A stretch of DNA of 64,000 bases from Clostridia bacterium. Lineage in GTDB: Bacteria > Bacillota > Clostridia > UBA1212. Location: the NCBI GenBank assembly GCA_045544575.1, contig JAZPZG010000081.1, positions 578 to 64,577 on the forward strand. Reading direction: 5' to 3'. Shown one piece after another: positions 8,645 to 19,361 of the stretch. The translations under genes were made by a program, and so were the position numbers. Below the pieces are notes generated by a model. The model saw only the letters and a program-made list of their open reading frames with translations. It was not told the DNA's origin and made no database searches. The first letter of the stretch is position 1; every line of letters starts with the position of its first letter.

Positions 8645-10726
8645 ATGAATATGTTTGATACGGTTTGGAAATTAGCGGACAGAGGAGAAGATGCCACGCT
8701 TGCAGGTTGTGAAAACGATGTTGTAAGGCGTGTCTTGCATTCGCGCGGTATTGTCGATGAGTGCGAGGTGTCAGCTTTCATTAATCCGACTTTGTCAAAT
8801 ATGTCAGACCCTTTTTTGTTGCCTGATATGGCTGCTGCGGTTGAGAGAATTCTTGCTGCCGCAGATTCGGGTGAGCACATTACGATTTTCGGAGATTATG
8901 ATGCTGACGGCGTTACAGCCACGGCAATATTATATAATTTTTTAACGGTGTATTTAGAGGCGGACGTCGATTATTTGCTTCCCAGCAGATTCGGAGACGG
9001 CTACGGATTGTCGAAAAAGACCGTTGACACCATAAAATCACGCGGAACGAGCCTTATTATCACCGTAGATACCGGTATTGTCGCTTTTGCGGAAATAGAA
9101 TATGCTTCGAGCCTAGGAATAGACGTTGTTGTGACGGATCACCACAACTGCGCTGAAAAGCTGCCTGATTGCTGTGCGGTTGTAGACCCGATGAGAGAAG
9201 ACAGCTCTTTCCCCACAAAACAGCTTGCAGGCGCGGGTGTTGCTTTTAAGGTGGCGGAAGCTATTGCATACACCATAGGTGTTGAAGACGTAAGCGTTTA
9301 TCTTCCTATTGCGGCAATCGGAACGGTGGGAGATTCAATGCCTCTTACGGGCGAGAACCGTATTATCGTTAAAAACGGACTGCTTCTTGCGGAAGAAAGC
9401 TTGCCGGGAGTAAGACTTGCGACAGACAGTGCCCGCTCAAAGGACGGTATTCTTACCGCAAGGGCGGTTGCTTTCGGAATTGTTCCTAAAATCAATGCGG
9501 CAGGACGCATGGGAGATGCGGAGCTTGCATTAAAGCTTTTGCTTTCTGAGGATGCGGAAACGGCAGAAGAAATACTCAATAGGTTAAATGAACTTAACAC
9601 TCTACGCCAGCATACGGAAAGTGAAATTACTGCACAGGCAACATCGCCGGAACATATGCTTACACGGGATACAGACTTTATTACAGCTGTAGCGGGAGAA
9701 GATTGGCATCATGGTGTTACCGGAATCGTTGCATCAAAGCTCGTTGAAAAATACGGCAAGCCTGCAATCGTTCTTTCGGGAAGAGAAACCGATGATGAGG
9801 ACAACGTATACATGCGAGGCTCAGCGAGGTCTGTTGACGGAATAAATATATATGAAGCACTGCTTTGCGGCTCTGAGCTTATGTGCAAATTCGGAGGCCA
9901 TGAGATGGCAGCGGGCTTTACGGTAGCCGTTAATAACATTGAAAAGCTTTTGGAACTCACCGGTAAAGACGTTGCAAGACAGCGAAGCGAAACGAGATAC
10001 TTTTTGCCCAAAAGCATAGATTGTTATCTGCCGCAGGAGATGCTGACCGTTGAAACTGCCGAACGTGTGGAAAGCATGGGCCCTTTCGGTGTAGGGAATC
10101 CGATGCCCGTATTTATTACGGACGGTTTTAAGTTTGTGCGTTCAAATGCCGTAGGCGAAACAAAGAAACACCTGAAATTCAGATTTGCGGGAAACCCTGA
10201 ATGTCTAAACGGCGGCATAGCCGAAGGTATAGCCTTTAATACTGCTGTCTATAATAAAATGGTAAACAGCATAGAAGGCTGTGCATGTGTGTACAGCCTC
10301 GGCGTAAATGAGTGGCAGGGTGTGAGAAGTGTATCACTTAACGTAATTGATATAATAGATAATGAATATTTTGTTGCGAAAAAGGTTCAATCAGTGTACA
10401 ATGAAAATGTCGCTGATTGCATTGAGCGTATAAATGAATCGTTTTCTTTTACCAGAGATGAATTGGTTGCTTTTTACAGAGCACTTCAGCAGTCCGGTAA
10501 TCGATTTGTTTTCGACACTCTTTATGAAGTAAAGGCATCTCTTAAGGCCGCAGGCATTGACTTGCCATGGTTTAAGATAAGATACGGTCTGGAGGTTTTT
10601 AAGGAGCTTGGATTCATAAAGAAAGAAGCAAAGGGCAGTTACTGTTTTATGACTGACGGTAACGGAACTGCCCAAAAAAGAAATCTCAACGATTCAAAAC
10701 TTTTTAATGAATTGAAGCGAAGCTGA
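8645..10726 (+). CDS. recJ: Single-stranded-DNA-specific exonuclease RecJ
   Basis: DHH motifs (ITIFGDYDADGVTATAIL, VVTDHHN) and a DHHA1 region. 693 aa, and recJ-relA-dtd synteny. Confidence 0.9.
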   Translation: MNMFDTVWKLADRGEDATLAGCENDVVRRVLHSRGIVDECEVSAFINPTLSNMSDPFLLPDMAAAVERILAAADSGEHITIFGDYDADGVTATAILYNFLTVYLEADVDYLLPSRFGDGYGLSKKTVDTIKSRGTSLIITVDTGIVAFAEIEYASSLGIDVVVTDHHNCAEKLPDCCAVVDPMREDSSFPTKQLAGAGVAFKVAEAIAYTIGVEDVSVYLPIAAIGTVGDSMPLTGENRIIVKNGLLLAEESLPGVRLATDSARSKDGILTARAVAFGIVPKINAAGRMGDAELALKLLLSEDAETAEEILNRLNELNTLRQHTESEITAQATSPEHMLTRDTDFITAVAGEDWHHGVTGIVASKLVEKYGKPAIVLSGRETDDEDNVYMRGSARSVDGINIYEALLCGSELMCKFGGHEMAAGFTVAVNNIEKLLELTGKDVARQRSETRYFLPKSIDCYLPQEMLTVETAERVESMGPFGVGNPMPVFITDGFKFVRSNAVGETKKHLKFRFAGNPECLNGGIAEGIAFNTAVYNKMVNSIEGCACVYSLGVNEWQGVRSVSLNVIDIIDNEYFVAKKVQSVYNENVADCIERINESFSFTRDELVAFYRALQQSGNRFVFDTLYEVKASLKAAGIDLPWFKIRYGLEVFKELGFIKKEAKGSYCFMTDGNGTAQKRNLNDSKLFNELKRS

Positions 10727-10740
10727 CGTGGGGTGGCAGG

Positions 10741-12972
10741 ATGACAGAGGAAAATATAAACGAAATTAATACAGCAAACGTCAAGAAAATAATGGAGATT
10801 GCAAAACGAAATTATCCGAACGCAAACGTTGACAAGATATGGCGTGCTTTTCTTGTTGCGGATACCATGCATAGAGGACAGCTGAGGCAGTCGGGAGAGC
10901 CGTTTATAATTCATCCGATTGCGGTCGCGGGGATGCTTGCCGATATGGAGATGGACGTGAACTGCATTACTGCGGGTATGCTTCATGACGTGGTAGAGGA
11001 TACCTCCATGACGTATGATGACGTTCAGGCGGAATTCGGTGCGGAAATTGCCAATCTGGTGGACGGCGCTACAAAGCTTAAAAGAATAGGCGATACCACA
11101 AAGGAAGAGCAGCAGGCTGAAAACCTCCGTAAAATGTTCCTTGCTATTGCAGAGGACATGAGAGTTATAGTAATAAAGCTTGTTGACAGACTTCACAATA
11201 TGCGTACTCTCCAGTACGTAAATACGGATAAACAAAGAAAAAAAGCTCAGGAAACACTTGATATATATACTCCTCTTGCACACCGATTCGGAATGTCAAG
11301 AATCAAATGGGAGCTTGAGGACCTTTGTTTTAAGTATCTTGAGCCGGAAAATTATGCATCTCTTGCATCTCAGCTTAGTCAGAAACGCTCAGAGCGTGAA
11401 GAATATATAAAAAATATTATTTCTACGGTTAAGACCGCAATAGAAGCGGAGGGTTTTGACGCACACCTCGACGGAAGACCCAAGCATCTTTACAGCATAA
11501 AGAAAAAAATGGAACGCCAACACAAGCAGCTTGATCAGATATACGATCTCCTTGCCATTCGTGTTATCGTGGAAAACGTGGCGCAGTGTTACCGTGTATT
11601 GGGAATTATCCACCAGCTGTACACACCTGTTCCGCAGAGGTTTAAGGACTATATTGCAACTCCCAAGCCCAACATGTACCAATCAATTCATACAACCGTT
11701 ATAGGACACGGCGGAATTGCATTTGAAGCGCAGATAAGAACCTGGGATATGCACAATGCGGCAGAACTCGGTATTGCGGCACATTGGCGCTATAAAGAGG
11801 GCGGAAAAGAGGGCCATGATGAAAACGAGGCAAAGAAGTTTGAGTGGGTGCGAAAGCTTTTTGACGTACAAAAGGATATGGACACCACGGACAGCTTTAT
11901 GGAAGCGTTCAAAATGGACCTTTTTACGGACGAGGTTTTTGTGTTTACGCCGAAAGGAGACGTGAAATCTCTGCCTGCAGGCTCTAATCCCATAGATTTT
12001 GCTTATGCAATACATAGCGGCGTAGGACACAAAATGGTAGGAGCACGTGTTAACGGTGAATTAAAACCGCTTGACTACTGCCTGCAAACAGGCGATATGG
12101 TGCAGATTCTTACGTCTAATTCTCCCAACAGAGCACCCAGTCGAGATTGGCTCAAAATGGTAAAAAGCTCTGAGGCGCGTACGAAGCTCCGCCAGTGGTT
12201 TAAGAATGAGTGCCGAGACGAAAATATTGAGGTCGGCAGAGATATGCTCGACAAGGAACTGAAACGTCAAGGATATACTTATTCGCAGCTTTTCGGTGAC
12301 GAAGAAATAATTGAGAGCTTCCTGCACAGAAATAATCTTCGTTCGATCGAGGACTTGATGAATATTATAGGCTTCGGTGATATGACGGCTCAAAAGGCAG
12401 TGTCGAGGCTTAAAGATTTGTATATAAAGAAGCACGCAGAAAGCGGTGCAAGAGATGATGACTTCATAAAAAAGCTCATTGACGATAAAGCCGCTAAGTC
12501 TGTGGAAAAGCCTTCGGCAGAGGGAATAATAGTAAAGGGCGTTGACAATTGTCTTGTACACCTTGCGAGATGCTGTAATCCCGTGCCGGGTGATGCCATT
12601 GTGGGTTATACCACGCGTGCAAGAGGTGTTTCTGTACACAGAAGGGACTGCCCTAACGTAATTGCGATGAAGCGCGATGAGGCAAACCGCATTATTGACG
12701 TAAGGTGGGCATCGGGAGCATCTTCCTTCCGTCCGCATCCCGCTGAAGTGGTTATCGAAGCTATTGATAACGGAAGAATGCTTATTGCCGTGGCAAATAT
12801 TATTAACGAGATGTGTATAAAAATGACTTCAATCAATTCAAGAAGCACAAGAGATAATTATCTTATAATACACCTTGTCGTGCAGATTACAGACCGCCTG
12901 GCATTAGACAAATTGATTGATAAGCTTGCAAGTGTAGAAGGAGTTGTGCAGGTAACTCGAAAGATTATTTGA
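10741..12972 (+). CDS. relA: Bifunctional (p)ppGpp synthetase/hydrolase RelA/SpoT
   Basis: HD domain (HRGQLRQSGEPFIIHPIAVA), synthetase domain (DLLAIRVIV...YQSIHT), then TGS and ACT C-terminal domains. 743 aa. Confidence 0.9.
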   Translation: MTEENINEINTANVKKIMEIAKRNYPNANVDKIWRAFLVADTMHRGQLRQSGEPFIIHPIAVAGMLADMEMDVNCITAGMLHDVVEDTSMTYDDVQAEFGAEIANLVDGATKLKRIGDTTKEEQQAENLRKMFLAIAEDMRVIVIKLVDRLHNMRTLQYVNTDKQRKKAQETLDIYTPLAHRFGMSRIKWELEDLCFKYLEPENYASLASQLSQKRSEREEYIKNIISTVKTAIEAEGFDAHLDGRPKHLYSIKKKMERQHKQLDQIYDLLAIRVIVENVAQCYRVLGIIHQLYTPVPQRFKDYIATPKPNMYQSIHTTVIGHGGIAFEAQIRTWDMHNAAELGIAAHWRYKEGGKEGHDENEAKKFEWVRKLFDVQKDMDTTDSFMEAFKMDLFTDEVFVFTPKGDVKSLPAGSNPIDFAYAIHSGVGHKMVGARVNGELKPLDYCLQTGDMVQILTSNSPNRAPSRDWLKMVKSSEARTKLRQWFKNECRDENIEVGRDMLDKELKRQGYTYSQLFGDEEIIESFLHRNNLRSIEDLMNIIGFGDMTAQKAVSRLKDLYIKKHAESGARDDDFIKKLIDDKAAKSVEKPSAEGIIVKGVDNCLVHLARCCNPVPGDAIVGYTTRARGVSVHRRDCPNVIAMKRDEANRIIDVRWASGASSFRPHPAEVVIEAIDNGRMLIAVANIINEMCIKMTSINSRSTRDNYLIIHLVVQITDRLALDKLIDKLASVEGVVQVTRKII

Positions 12973-13005
12973 TTTTAGAGTTGCTTAAAATAAAAGGAGA
13001 ATAAA

Positions 13006-13479
13006 ATGCGTGCAGTTGTACAAAGAGTGAAGAAATCGTCCGTCAGTGTAAACGGTGAGATTACCGGCAGTATTGAGAGAGGTCTTAACGTTCTTTTGGG
13101 CGTTACGCATGATGATACCGAGAAGGATGCGGATTATCTTGCGGATAAGATACTCGGTCTCAGAATTTTTGAGGATGCCGAAGACAAGATGAATCTTTCC
13201 GTTGGTGATCTACAGCGTGCGGGAGAAAAAACGGGAGTGCTGTGCATAAGCCAGTTTACTCTGCTCGGGGACTGCCGTAAGGGAAAACGTCCTTCTTTTA
13301 TAGCGGCAGCCAATCCCGAAAGAGCCAATGAACTGTACGAATATTTTGTTTCAAAGCTTCGTGAGCTTTGTGTTCCGGGAACTGAAATAGGTACCGGCAT
13401 TTTCAGAGCTGATATGCTTGTAGAAATATATAACGATGGTCCTGTTACTCTTTTGATAGACAGTAAGAAAGAATTTTAA
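13006..13479 (+). CDS. dtd: D-aminoacyl-tRNA deacylase
   Basis: [37 protein letters not shown]... with SQFTLLGD and NDGPVT motifs. Confidence 0.9.
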   Translation: MRAVVQRVKKSSVSVNGEITGSIERGLNVLLGVTHDDTEKDADYLADKILGLRIFEDAEDKMNLSVGDLQRAGEKTGVLCISQFTLLGDCRKGKRPSFIAAANPERANELYEYFVSKLRELCVPGTEIGTGIFRADMLVEIYNDGPVTLLIDSKKEF

Positions 13480-13491
13480 CGGAGGAACGGT

Positions 13492-14136
13492 ATGCTGAAG
13501 CAATTTACGGGTGCAAGCCTCGGCTCTAACACCTACGTCGTATATAACGAGATACCGAACAAGCAAGGCTTGTTTGAAGCAATGATAATTGATACAGGTA
13601 ATAAGGTTGATGAAATTGCGTCGTTTGTGAAGGAAAATACCCTCGAAGTAAAATATATCGTCCTCACACACGGGCATTATGACCACGTTTGCTTTATAGA
13701 CGAATACAGAACTGCTTTTCCGCAGGCGAGTGTTGTGTGCCATGAGGATGAAAGCAAGGTTATTACTGATATAGAAGCTAACGTTTCTTTTCTTTTCGGA
13801 GACCCGAAGGCGTATGCTGATGCAGACGTCAAGGTTAAAGAAGGCAGTGTGCTTTCCCTTTGCGGAGAAGAGAACGGAACACAAAGAAATTTTGACCTTA
13901 CGGTAATGCATACTCCGGGACACACACCGGGGTGCATTTGTCTGTATAATGAGGAGCGTCGCTTACTGTTTACCGGTGATACTCTTTTTGCGGGCGGATA
14001 CGGCAGAACCGATTTTAAATACGGAAGCGGTGCGGATTTGATGCATTCTTTAAACAGACTGCTCGCAATGGATGAACGTATTGAATTTTATGCAGGACAC
14101 GGCGAAATGTCAAAGATTGGCTGGGAGAGATATTGA
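13492..14136 (+). CDS. MBL-fold metallo-hydrolase (glyoxalase II-like)
   Basis: Contains the metallo-beta-lactamase motif in VLTHGHYDHV, plus downstream His/Asp ligands (HTPGHTPG, TGDTLF). Confidence 0.8.
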   Translation: MLKQFTGASLGSNTYVVYNEIPNKQGLFEAMIIDTGNKVDEIASFVKENTLEVKYIVLTHGHYDHVCFIDEYRTAFPQASVVCHEDESKVITDIEANVSFLFGDPKAYADADVKVKEGSVLSLCGEENGTQRNFDLTVMHTPGHTPGCICLYNEERRLLFTGDTLFAGGYGRTDFKYGSGADLMHSLNRLLAMDERIEFYAGHGEMSKIGWERY

Positions 14137-14177
14137 CCAGGTCCGATTAGGCAATGACGGTAAAGGAATGAGCTGTT

Positions 14178-15650
14178 TTGAATATTAAATTTTATTGCAG
14201 GGAAGCGCAGCTTCCCATGCACTTTTTTGAGGCTATGCAAATCTTTGCACATATTTTCGGCATGCCGGAGATTGTGTGCGGCTGCGCTCTTGCAGAGGGG
14301 ATTTGCGCTGAAATTACGGTCTTTGATGAGGCAGACCGCGTTTTGAAAAATGAAAAAATTACTGAGGAAAAGGCTCGGGCAAGCTTTGCAGGTGATGAAA
14401 TTGTATCTCAGGGCTTTCAGGTTTCAACGGAAAATGCTCTTAAAAGATACGTTTATCTGTTACTTTTCGAAATTTACGGATATAGCTCGCCTTGGGGCTG
14501 TATGACGGGTGTAAGACCCACAAAAATTGTTAATCAACTTCTTGCGGATGGCTTCTCAACTTCTCAGATAGCTTTGCATTTTGAGAAGTTTTTCCTTATG
14601 AGTGAAGAAAAAGCAAGGCTTACCATGGATACTGTAAGAAAGCAGTCTCCTTTTATTTTGGAACAAAAGCAATATCCGCAACGCGCGGGATTTTACGTAG
14701 GAATTCCTTTTTGTCCTACAAGATGTACGTATTGTTCTTTCGCAGCAAGTCCTATAAAGCAGTATGAAAAACGTGTTGATGAATATTTGGACGTTCTCCA
14801 AGCTGAGATAGAAAAAACACTGGAGCTTGTCGGCGACAGGTATGTTTTTGAGAGTGTTTACGTAGGCGGAGGAACCCCTACTTCATTGAGCGCCGTGCAA
14901 TTGAAGAGATTGCTTAATATGCTGAAGCCTGTTTTTTCGGGAGGGACTGTAAGAGAATTTTCATTAGAGGCGGGGCGTCCCGATTCTATTGATGCCGAGA
15001 AGCTTCTTGTTGCAAAGGAGGCGGGTGTTACACGTATAAGCGTAAATCCGCAGACAATGAATCAAAAAACGTTGGATACAATAGGAAGAAAACACACCCC
15101 CGAGGATACCGTTCGTGCTTTTAAGCTTGCAAGAGAAGCCGGCTTTACGAATATTAATATGGATATTATTGCAGGGCTTCCCGGGGAAAGCATTGAAGAT
15201 TTTATGAATACGCTCAGAGTTATAGAAAATCTTTCTCCCGACAGCCTTACCGTACATACTTTAAGCATTAAGCGTGCTTCGGAGCTTCGGTATGATGATA
15301 AACAAAAGTCGGTGCTTCGTGCAGATATTACGGGAGAGATGACAACGGCTGCGGGGCGCTTAGCGAAGACTCTAATGATGAAGCCTTTTTATATGTACAG
15401 GCAGAAGAATCAGCTCGGAAATCATGAGAATGTGTGTTATTGCCGTGAAGGCTGTGAAAGTCCGTATAATATACACATAATGGAGGAGGACCAGACGATA
15501 ATAGCCTGTGGATGCGGAGCTGTCTCAAAATTTGTTTCACGGGATGGGGCAATAGTGAGGAGCTTTAACATGAAGGGTGTTCCGGAGTATTTGGAGAGAC
15601 TGGACGTAATGATGGAGAGAAAGCGTCCGGCAATGGAGGCAACGATATGA
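14178..15650 (+). CDS. Radical SAM coproporphyrinogen III oxidase family protein (HemZ/HemN-like)
   Basis: CxxxCxxC radical SAM motif in GIPFCPTRCTYCSF and a HemN-type C-terminal domain. The length (490 aa) and N-terminal extension resemble HemZ. Start codon uncertain; TTG at 14178 chosen. Confidence 0.7.
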   Translation: MNIKFYCREAQLPMHFFEAMQIFAHIFGMPEIVCGCALAEGICAEITVFDEADRVLKNEKITEEKARASFAGDEIVSQGFQVSTENALKRYVYLLLFEIYGYSSPWGCMTGVRPTKIVNQLLADGFSTSQIALHFEKFFLMSEEKARLTMDTVRKQSPFILEQKQYPQRAGFYVGIPFCPTRCTYCSFAASPIKQYEKRVDEYLDVLQAEIEKTLELVGDRYVFESVYVGGGTPTSLSAVQLKRLLNMLKPVFSGGTVREFSLEAGRPDSIDAEKLLVAKEAGVTRISVNPQTMNQKTLDTIGRKHTPEDTVRAFKLAREAGFTNINMDIIAGLPGESIEDFMNTLRVIENLSPDSLTVHTLSIKRASELRYDDKQKSVLRADITGEMTTAAGRLAKTLMMKPFYMYRQKNQLGNHENVCYCREGCESPYNIHIMEEDQTIIACGCGAVSKFVSRDGAIVRSFNMKGVPEYLERLDVMMERKRPAMEATI

Positions 15651-16870
15651 AATACGATTTTACTACGATAATTGACCGCAAAGGCAAGGATGCCTTGGCA
15701 GTAGACCTTAACGGAGAGGAGTATGCTCCGAAGCCGCCTACGGGTGATTTTGATTTTATACCGATGTGGGTTGCCGATATGAATTTTCCCGTTGCACCTT
15801 CCGTTACGGAGGCAATGGAAGAAAGGCTTAAGCACCCTACGTTCGGGTATTTTATGCCTCGTGAGGAATATTATAATTCAATTATCAGGTGGCAAGAGAT
15901 AAGAAACGGTGTAAGCGGTCTTTCGGCGGAGCATATCGGATATGAGAACGGAGTTTTGGGCGGTGTTATATCGGCACTTAATACGATGTGCTCAAAAGGC
16001 GGCAACGTGCTTGTACATTCACCTACGTACATAGGCTTTACAGAGGTGTTGGAAAACAACGGCTATCATATAGTACACAGTCCTCTCGTTGCGGACAGTC
16101 AGGGTATAATGCGTATGGATCTTGAGGATATGGAGAGGAAAATTGTTTCAAAGCAAATACACGCCGCTATAATGTGTTCTCCTCATAACCCGAGCGGTCG
16201 TGTGTGGAAACGTGAGGAGCTGGCTTTAGCAATGGAGCTTTTCAAAAAATACGATGTTAAGGTGGTCTCTGACGAAATCTGGTCGGATATAATTCTTTTC
16301 GGAAACAGGCATATCCCCACCCAGAGTATAAGCGAGGATGCAAAAAAGCGTACAATAGCACTGTATGCGCCTTCAAAGACCTTTAATTTGGCAGGACTTG
16401 TAGGAAGTTATCACATAATCTACGATAAAACGCTTCGCGACAGACATAGAAAGGAATCTTCTCTTTCAAGCTACAACAGTATGAACGTGCTGTCAATGCA
16501 CGCCCTGATAGGTGCATATTCCGAGGAAGGCATGGAGTGGGCTGACGAGCTGCGAGAGGTAATAGGCGAAAACGTAAATTTTGCCTGTGATTATATCAAC
16601 AATAACCTCGACGGTATAAGTGTTACAAAGCCGGAGGGAACTTATATGCTTTTTCTAGATTGCACCGAGTGGTGTAATAAGTACGGTAAAACTCTCGATG
16701 AGCTTTTGGAGGCAGGTTGGAGTGTAGGCGTAGGTTGGCAGGACGGAAGAATTTTTCACGGTCCTTGCCATATAAGAATGAATCTTGCCTTGCCGACAGA
16801 GAGAGTAAAGGAAGCATTTTACCGCTTGACTACGACCTTGACCAATGCGGTTGAGCCTTCATCAATATAA
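15647..16870 (+). CDS. MalY/PatB-type PLP-dependent C-S lyase (aminotransferase class I/II)
   Basis: Fold-type I aminotransferase features (SPHNPSGRVW, PLP-Lys region SKTFNLAGL). ATGA overlap with the upstream gene. Confidence 0.75.
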   Translation: MKYDFTTIIDRKGKDALAVDLNGEEYAPKPPTGDFDFIPMWVADMNFPVAPSVTEAMEERLKHPTFGYFMPREEYYNSIIRWQEIRNGVSGLSAEHIGYENGVLGGVISALNTMCSKGGNVLVHSPTYIGFTEVLENNGYHIVHSPLVADSQGIMRMDLEDMERKIVSKQIHAAIMCSPHNPSGRVWKREELALAMELFKKYDVKVVSDEIWSDIILFGNRHIPTQSISEDAKKRTIALYAPSKTFNLAGLVGSYHIIYDKTLRDRHRKESSLSSYNSMNVLSMHALIGAYSEEGMEWADELREVIGENVNFACDYINNNLDGISVTKPEGTYMLFLDCTEWCNKYGKTLDELLEAGWSVGVGWQDGRIFHGPCHIRMNLALPTERVKEAFYRLTTTLTNAVEPSSI

Positions 16871-17616
16871 TAAAGGTGGTAGCCTGCGTATTTCGCGGAT
16901 CCGTAATATTTTGTCGCCTTAACAAAGCGTGCGGCGTTATACTTTTCGTTGTATTCACAGGAAAGTTCTTCTGCCGACGTCGGGACACCAAGTATGAAAA
17001 ATTTTCGGTGAGTGAGTTCTTCCGTATATTTTCCGACTAAAATGTGTCCGAAACTATTGAATGATTTTTCGATATTGGTGCCAAGGCTTGTCGGCAAGGA
17101 AATATTAAGTTGCGAAACTTTTTGATTAAGTGCTTGCAGCGAAGGGTAGGCTTCCCATGAGTAAGCGGGATTTGTCGTGTGAAAAGGGTCGAAAACGACC
17201 GGAGAGGGAAGTTTTTTTTGAGGTTCTTCATTTCTCCATGATAAATTTTCTGCTTTCAAGGAAGAATTTTGCGGAGTTGCAGTTAATACCGGTTTGCCGT
17301 TTAACATTATTGCCGCTGCTATAATTCTCTTTGTTTCATCCGAAAGAGGAATTCGTGTAATATGCTTCAGCGGAAGAAAGACGTATTTAATTGTCGGTTC
17401 TGAATTATTTCCCGTATTACCTTTAAAAAGCTCTGTTGCCAAAACCAAGCGGGCTTGACTGATTGCGGGGCCGTTACCCAATGAGGAAATAACGCCGGGA
17501 AGAAGCTCTATTGCAAGTACTCCTCGCGTCCTTAGAAGAGAAAATCCCATCGGAGATTTGTCCTCGGTTTGATTATTTGTATTGAAAAAATAGTATCCGT
17601 CGGAAAAGTAATTCAT
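16819..17616 (-). CDS. Hypothetical protein (no recognisable domain)
   Basis: Intact 265-aa ORF with ordinary composition. Its 3' end overlaps the convergent patB-like gene by 52 nt. Confidence 0.4.
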   Translation of the reverse strand: MNYFSDGYYFFNTNNQTEDKSPMGFSLLRTRGVLAIELLPGVISSLGNGPAISQARLVLATELFKGNTGNNSEPTIKYVFLPLKHITRIPLSDETKRIIAAAIMLNGKPVLTATPQNSSLKAENLSWRNEEPQKKLPSPVVFDPFHTTNPAYSWEAYPSLQALNQKVSQLNISLPTSLGTNIEKSFNSFGHILVGKYTEELTHRKFFILGVPTSAEELSCEYNEKYNAARFVKATKYYGSAKYAGYHLYYIDEGSTALVKVVVKR

Positions 17617-17708
17617 AAATTTGTCCTCCTTGCTATACTATATTTGTATTGCAAAGGTCCGTAAAAATAACTTTTTTTCATAAATTTTGATGTTTTTAAA
17701 AAAAAGAT

Positions 17709-17737
17709 TTGCCAAAACGAAAAGAATAGAGTACAAT
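17709..17737 (+). promoter_or_regulatory. Sigma-A-type promoter candidate (TTGCCA, 17-nt spacer, TACAAT)
   Basis: Located in an AT-rich intergenic region 65 nt upstream of the ATG of the 17801 gene. Confidence 0.45.
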
Positions 17738-17800
17738 ACATAGAGCATGTTTGCATAATTAAAACAAACCAAAGAATATATAAAAAGGCGGTAGATTTAA

Positions 17801-19330
17801 TTGGCTAAAAGCAAAGCAAAAAATGTAAAGAAAAAAGTATCATCCTATGATGATAAGCTTATCAAAATTATCGGAGCTGCACTTGCAGGCGCAGTAGCAC
17901 TGCTTGTTGCCGTTATTTTGGTTGTATCATTCAGTACAAGCTACGTATGCAAGGTTGGCGGCAAGCGCGTTATGACATATGAGTATCGTTTGTTCCTCGG
18001 TTCTGCAATGGAGCAGATGCTCACAGAAGCAGAAGAAGCTCACGAAGGTGAAAAGGATTTCGATGCCAAGGGTTTCTGGACAGCAGAAAAAATTGCCGAA
18101 GCAGAGGAAAAGGCTCTTAATGACGTGTGCGAGTGGAAAGCAAATTACCTTATTGCAAAGAAAGAGGGCTATGGTCTCAGCTGGTCAGAGCGCAATGAAT
18201 ACAAGGCTAACGTAGAAGCGCAGATTCAGTATGCGTACCAGTATCAGATGTATTATACACAGAATTCAAACCTTTCATACAGCGCATTCCTTGAGTCTTA
18301 TCTCAGCGGAATGACTATGGACGAGTATAAGGACTATGCTGTTCAGGACAAGTGCATAAGCGATTTTGTAGCGGCACTTAAGGAAGGTTATACTCCTACC
18401 GATGCACAGCTTGAAGAGAAGTTTAACTCCGATAAGGATGCTTACAGACAGGTCATTCTCTATACGTTCGCTGTTGAAAAGCCCGATGAGCCTAAGAAGG
18501 AACTCGGAGAAGAACCCAAAAAGCCCGATGCAGAAGAGGGAAGCAAGGAATACACTGCTTACGAGGCTGCATTGAAGGAATATGAGAAGCTTAAGAAGGA
18601 ATGGGACGAGTACAACACCGAGCTTGCTGAACTTAAAGAAAAAGTTGAACTCATCTACGAGGGACTTCTTGAGGACGGTACTTATACAGGTAAGGGTATA
18701 AAGGAGCTTGAAGTTAAGGATGAACTTAAGAAAGATTCCGACAAGACCGAGTCTGATAAGAAGAAAACAGAAATCAAGGATTATAAGGATGCTACACTTG
18801 AGGTTCTTGCAGAGACAGAGGGTGACCTCTTTGCCGATACAAAGGGTAAGCACGAGTTTAATAAGAATACCGAGACAGAAGATTTGGTCCTCGATGATTA
18901 CGCATTGTCACTTGATTGGACAGATGAAAACAGAGTTTCCATTAAGACAACCTCTGACAATTCTTCATTTGCTACTGAACTCTTGAAATATGACGAGTCC
19001 AAAGCGTACAAGGACGGCAAGGTTACTACGAAGCTTGTTCTTCTCAGCGACGACACATATTTCTACATTACACAGTGCAGAGGTATTAAGGATCTCGTAA
19101 CCAATGCAGAGCCTTGGGAGACCGATGAAAAGGATAAGGAAGGCAATGTTGTAAAAGAAGACACTTGCGTAAAAGATACCGTTAAGGCTGACGTTCTTAC
19201 AGACATGGCTGAGGCAGAGCTTGAGGGCCTCAGAAAGGGCGAGTACAGCTCAAGTGCTAAAGTAACTGCAAAGAAAGAAAAAATTGTAGATGAAGTTGTT
19301 GAAATGGTTTCATCTGAGTTTAAAGGTTAA
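17801..19330 (+). CDS. Membrane-anchored Lys/Glu-rich protein with SurA-N/PrsA-like N-terminal chaperone domain
   Basis: Basic cytoplasmic N-terminus, one transmembrane helix, then YVCKVGGKRVMTYEYRLFL, which resembles the SurA_N/PrsA opening motif (V..VNG..IT..E). Long charged coiled-coil-like remainder with no PPIase domain. Confidence 0.4.
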   Translation: MAKSKAKNVKKKVSSYDDKLIKIIGAALAGAVALLVAVILVVSFSTSYVCKVGGKRVMTYEYRLFLGSAMEQMLTEAEEAHEGEKDFDAKGFWTAEKIAEAEEKALNDVCEWKANYLIAKKEGYGLSWSERNEYKANVEAQIQYAYQYQMYYTQNSNLSYSAFLESYLSGMTMDEYKDYAVQDKCISDFVAALKEGYTPTDAQLEEKFNSDKDAYRQVILYTFAVEKPDEPKKELGEEPKKPDAEEGSKEYTAYEAALKEYEKLKKEWDEYNTELAELKEKVELIYEGLLEDGTYTGKGIKELEVKDELKKDSDKTESDKKKTEIKDYKDATLEVLAETEGDLFADTKGKHEFNKNTETEDLVLDDYALSLDWTDENRVSIKTTSDNSSFATELLKYDESKAYKDGKVTTKLVLLSDDTYFYITQCRGIKDLVTNAEPWETDEKDKEGNVVKEDTCVKDTVKADVLTDMAEAELEGLRKGEYSSSAKVTAKKEKIVDEVVEMVSSEFKG

Positions 19331-19361
19331 TATCGATTTTTAAAAATTTTAGATTATGAAC

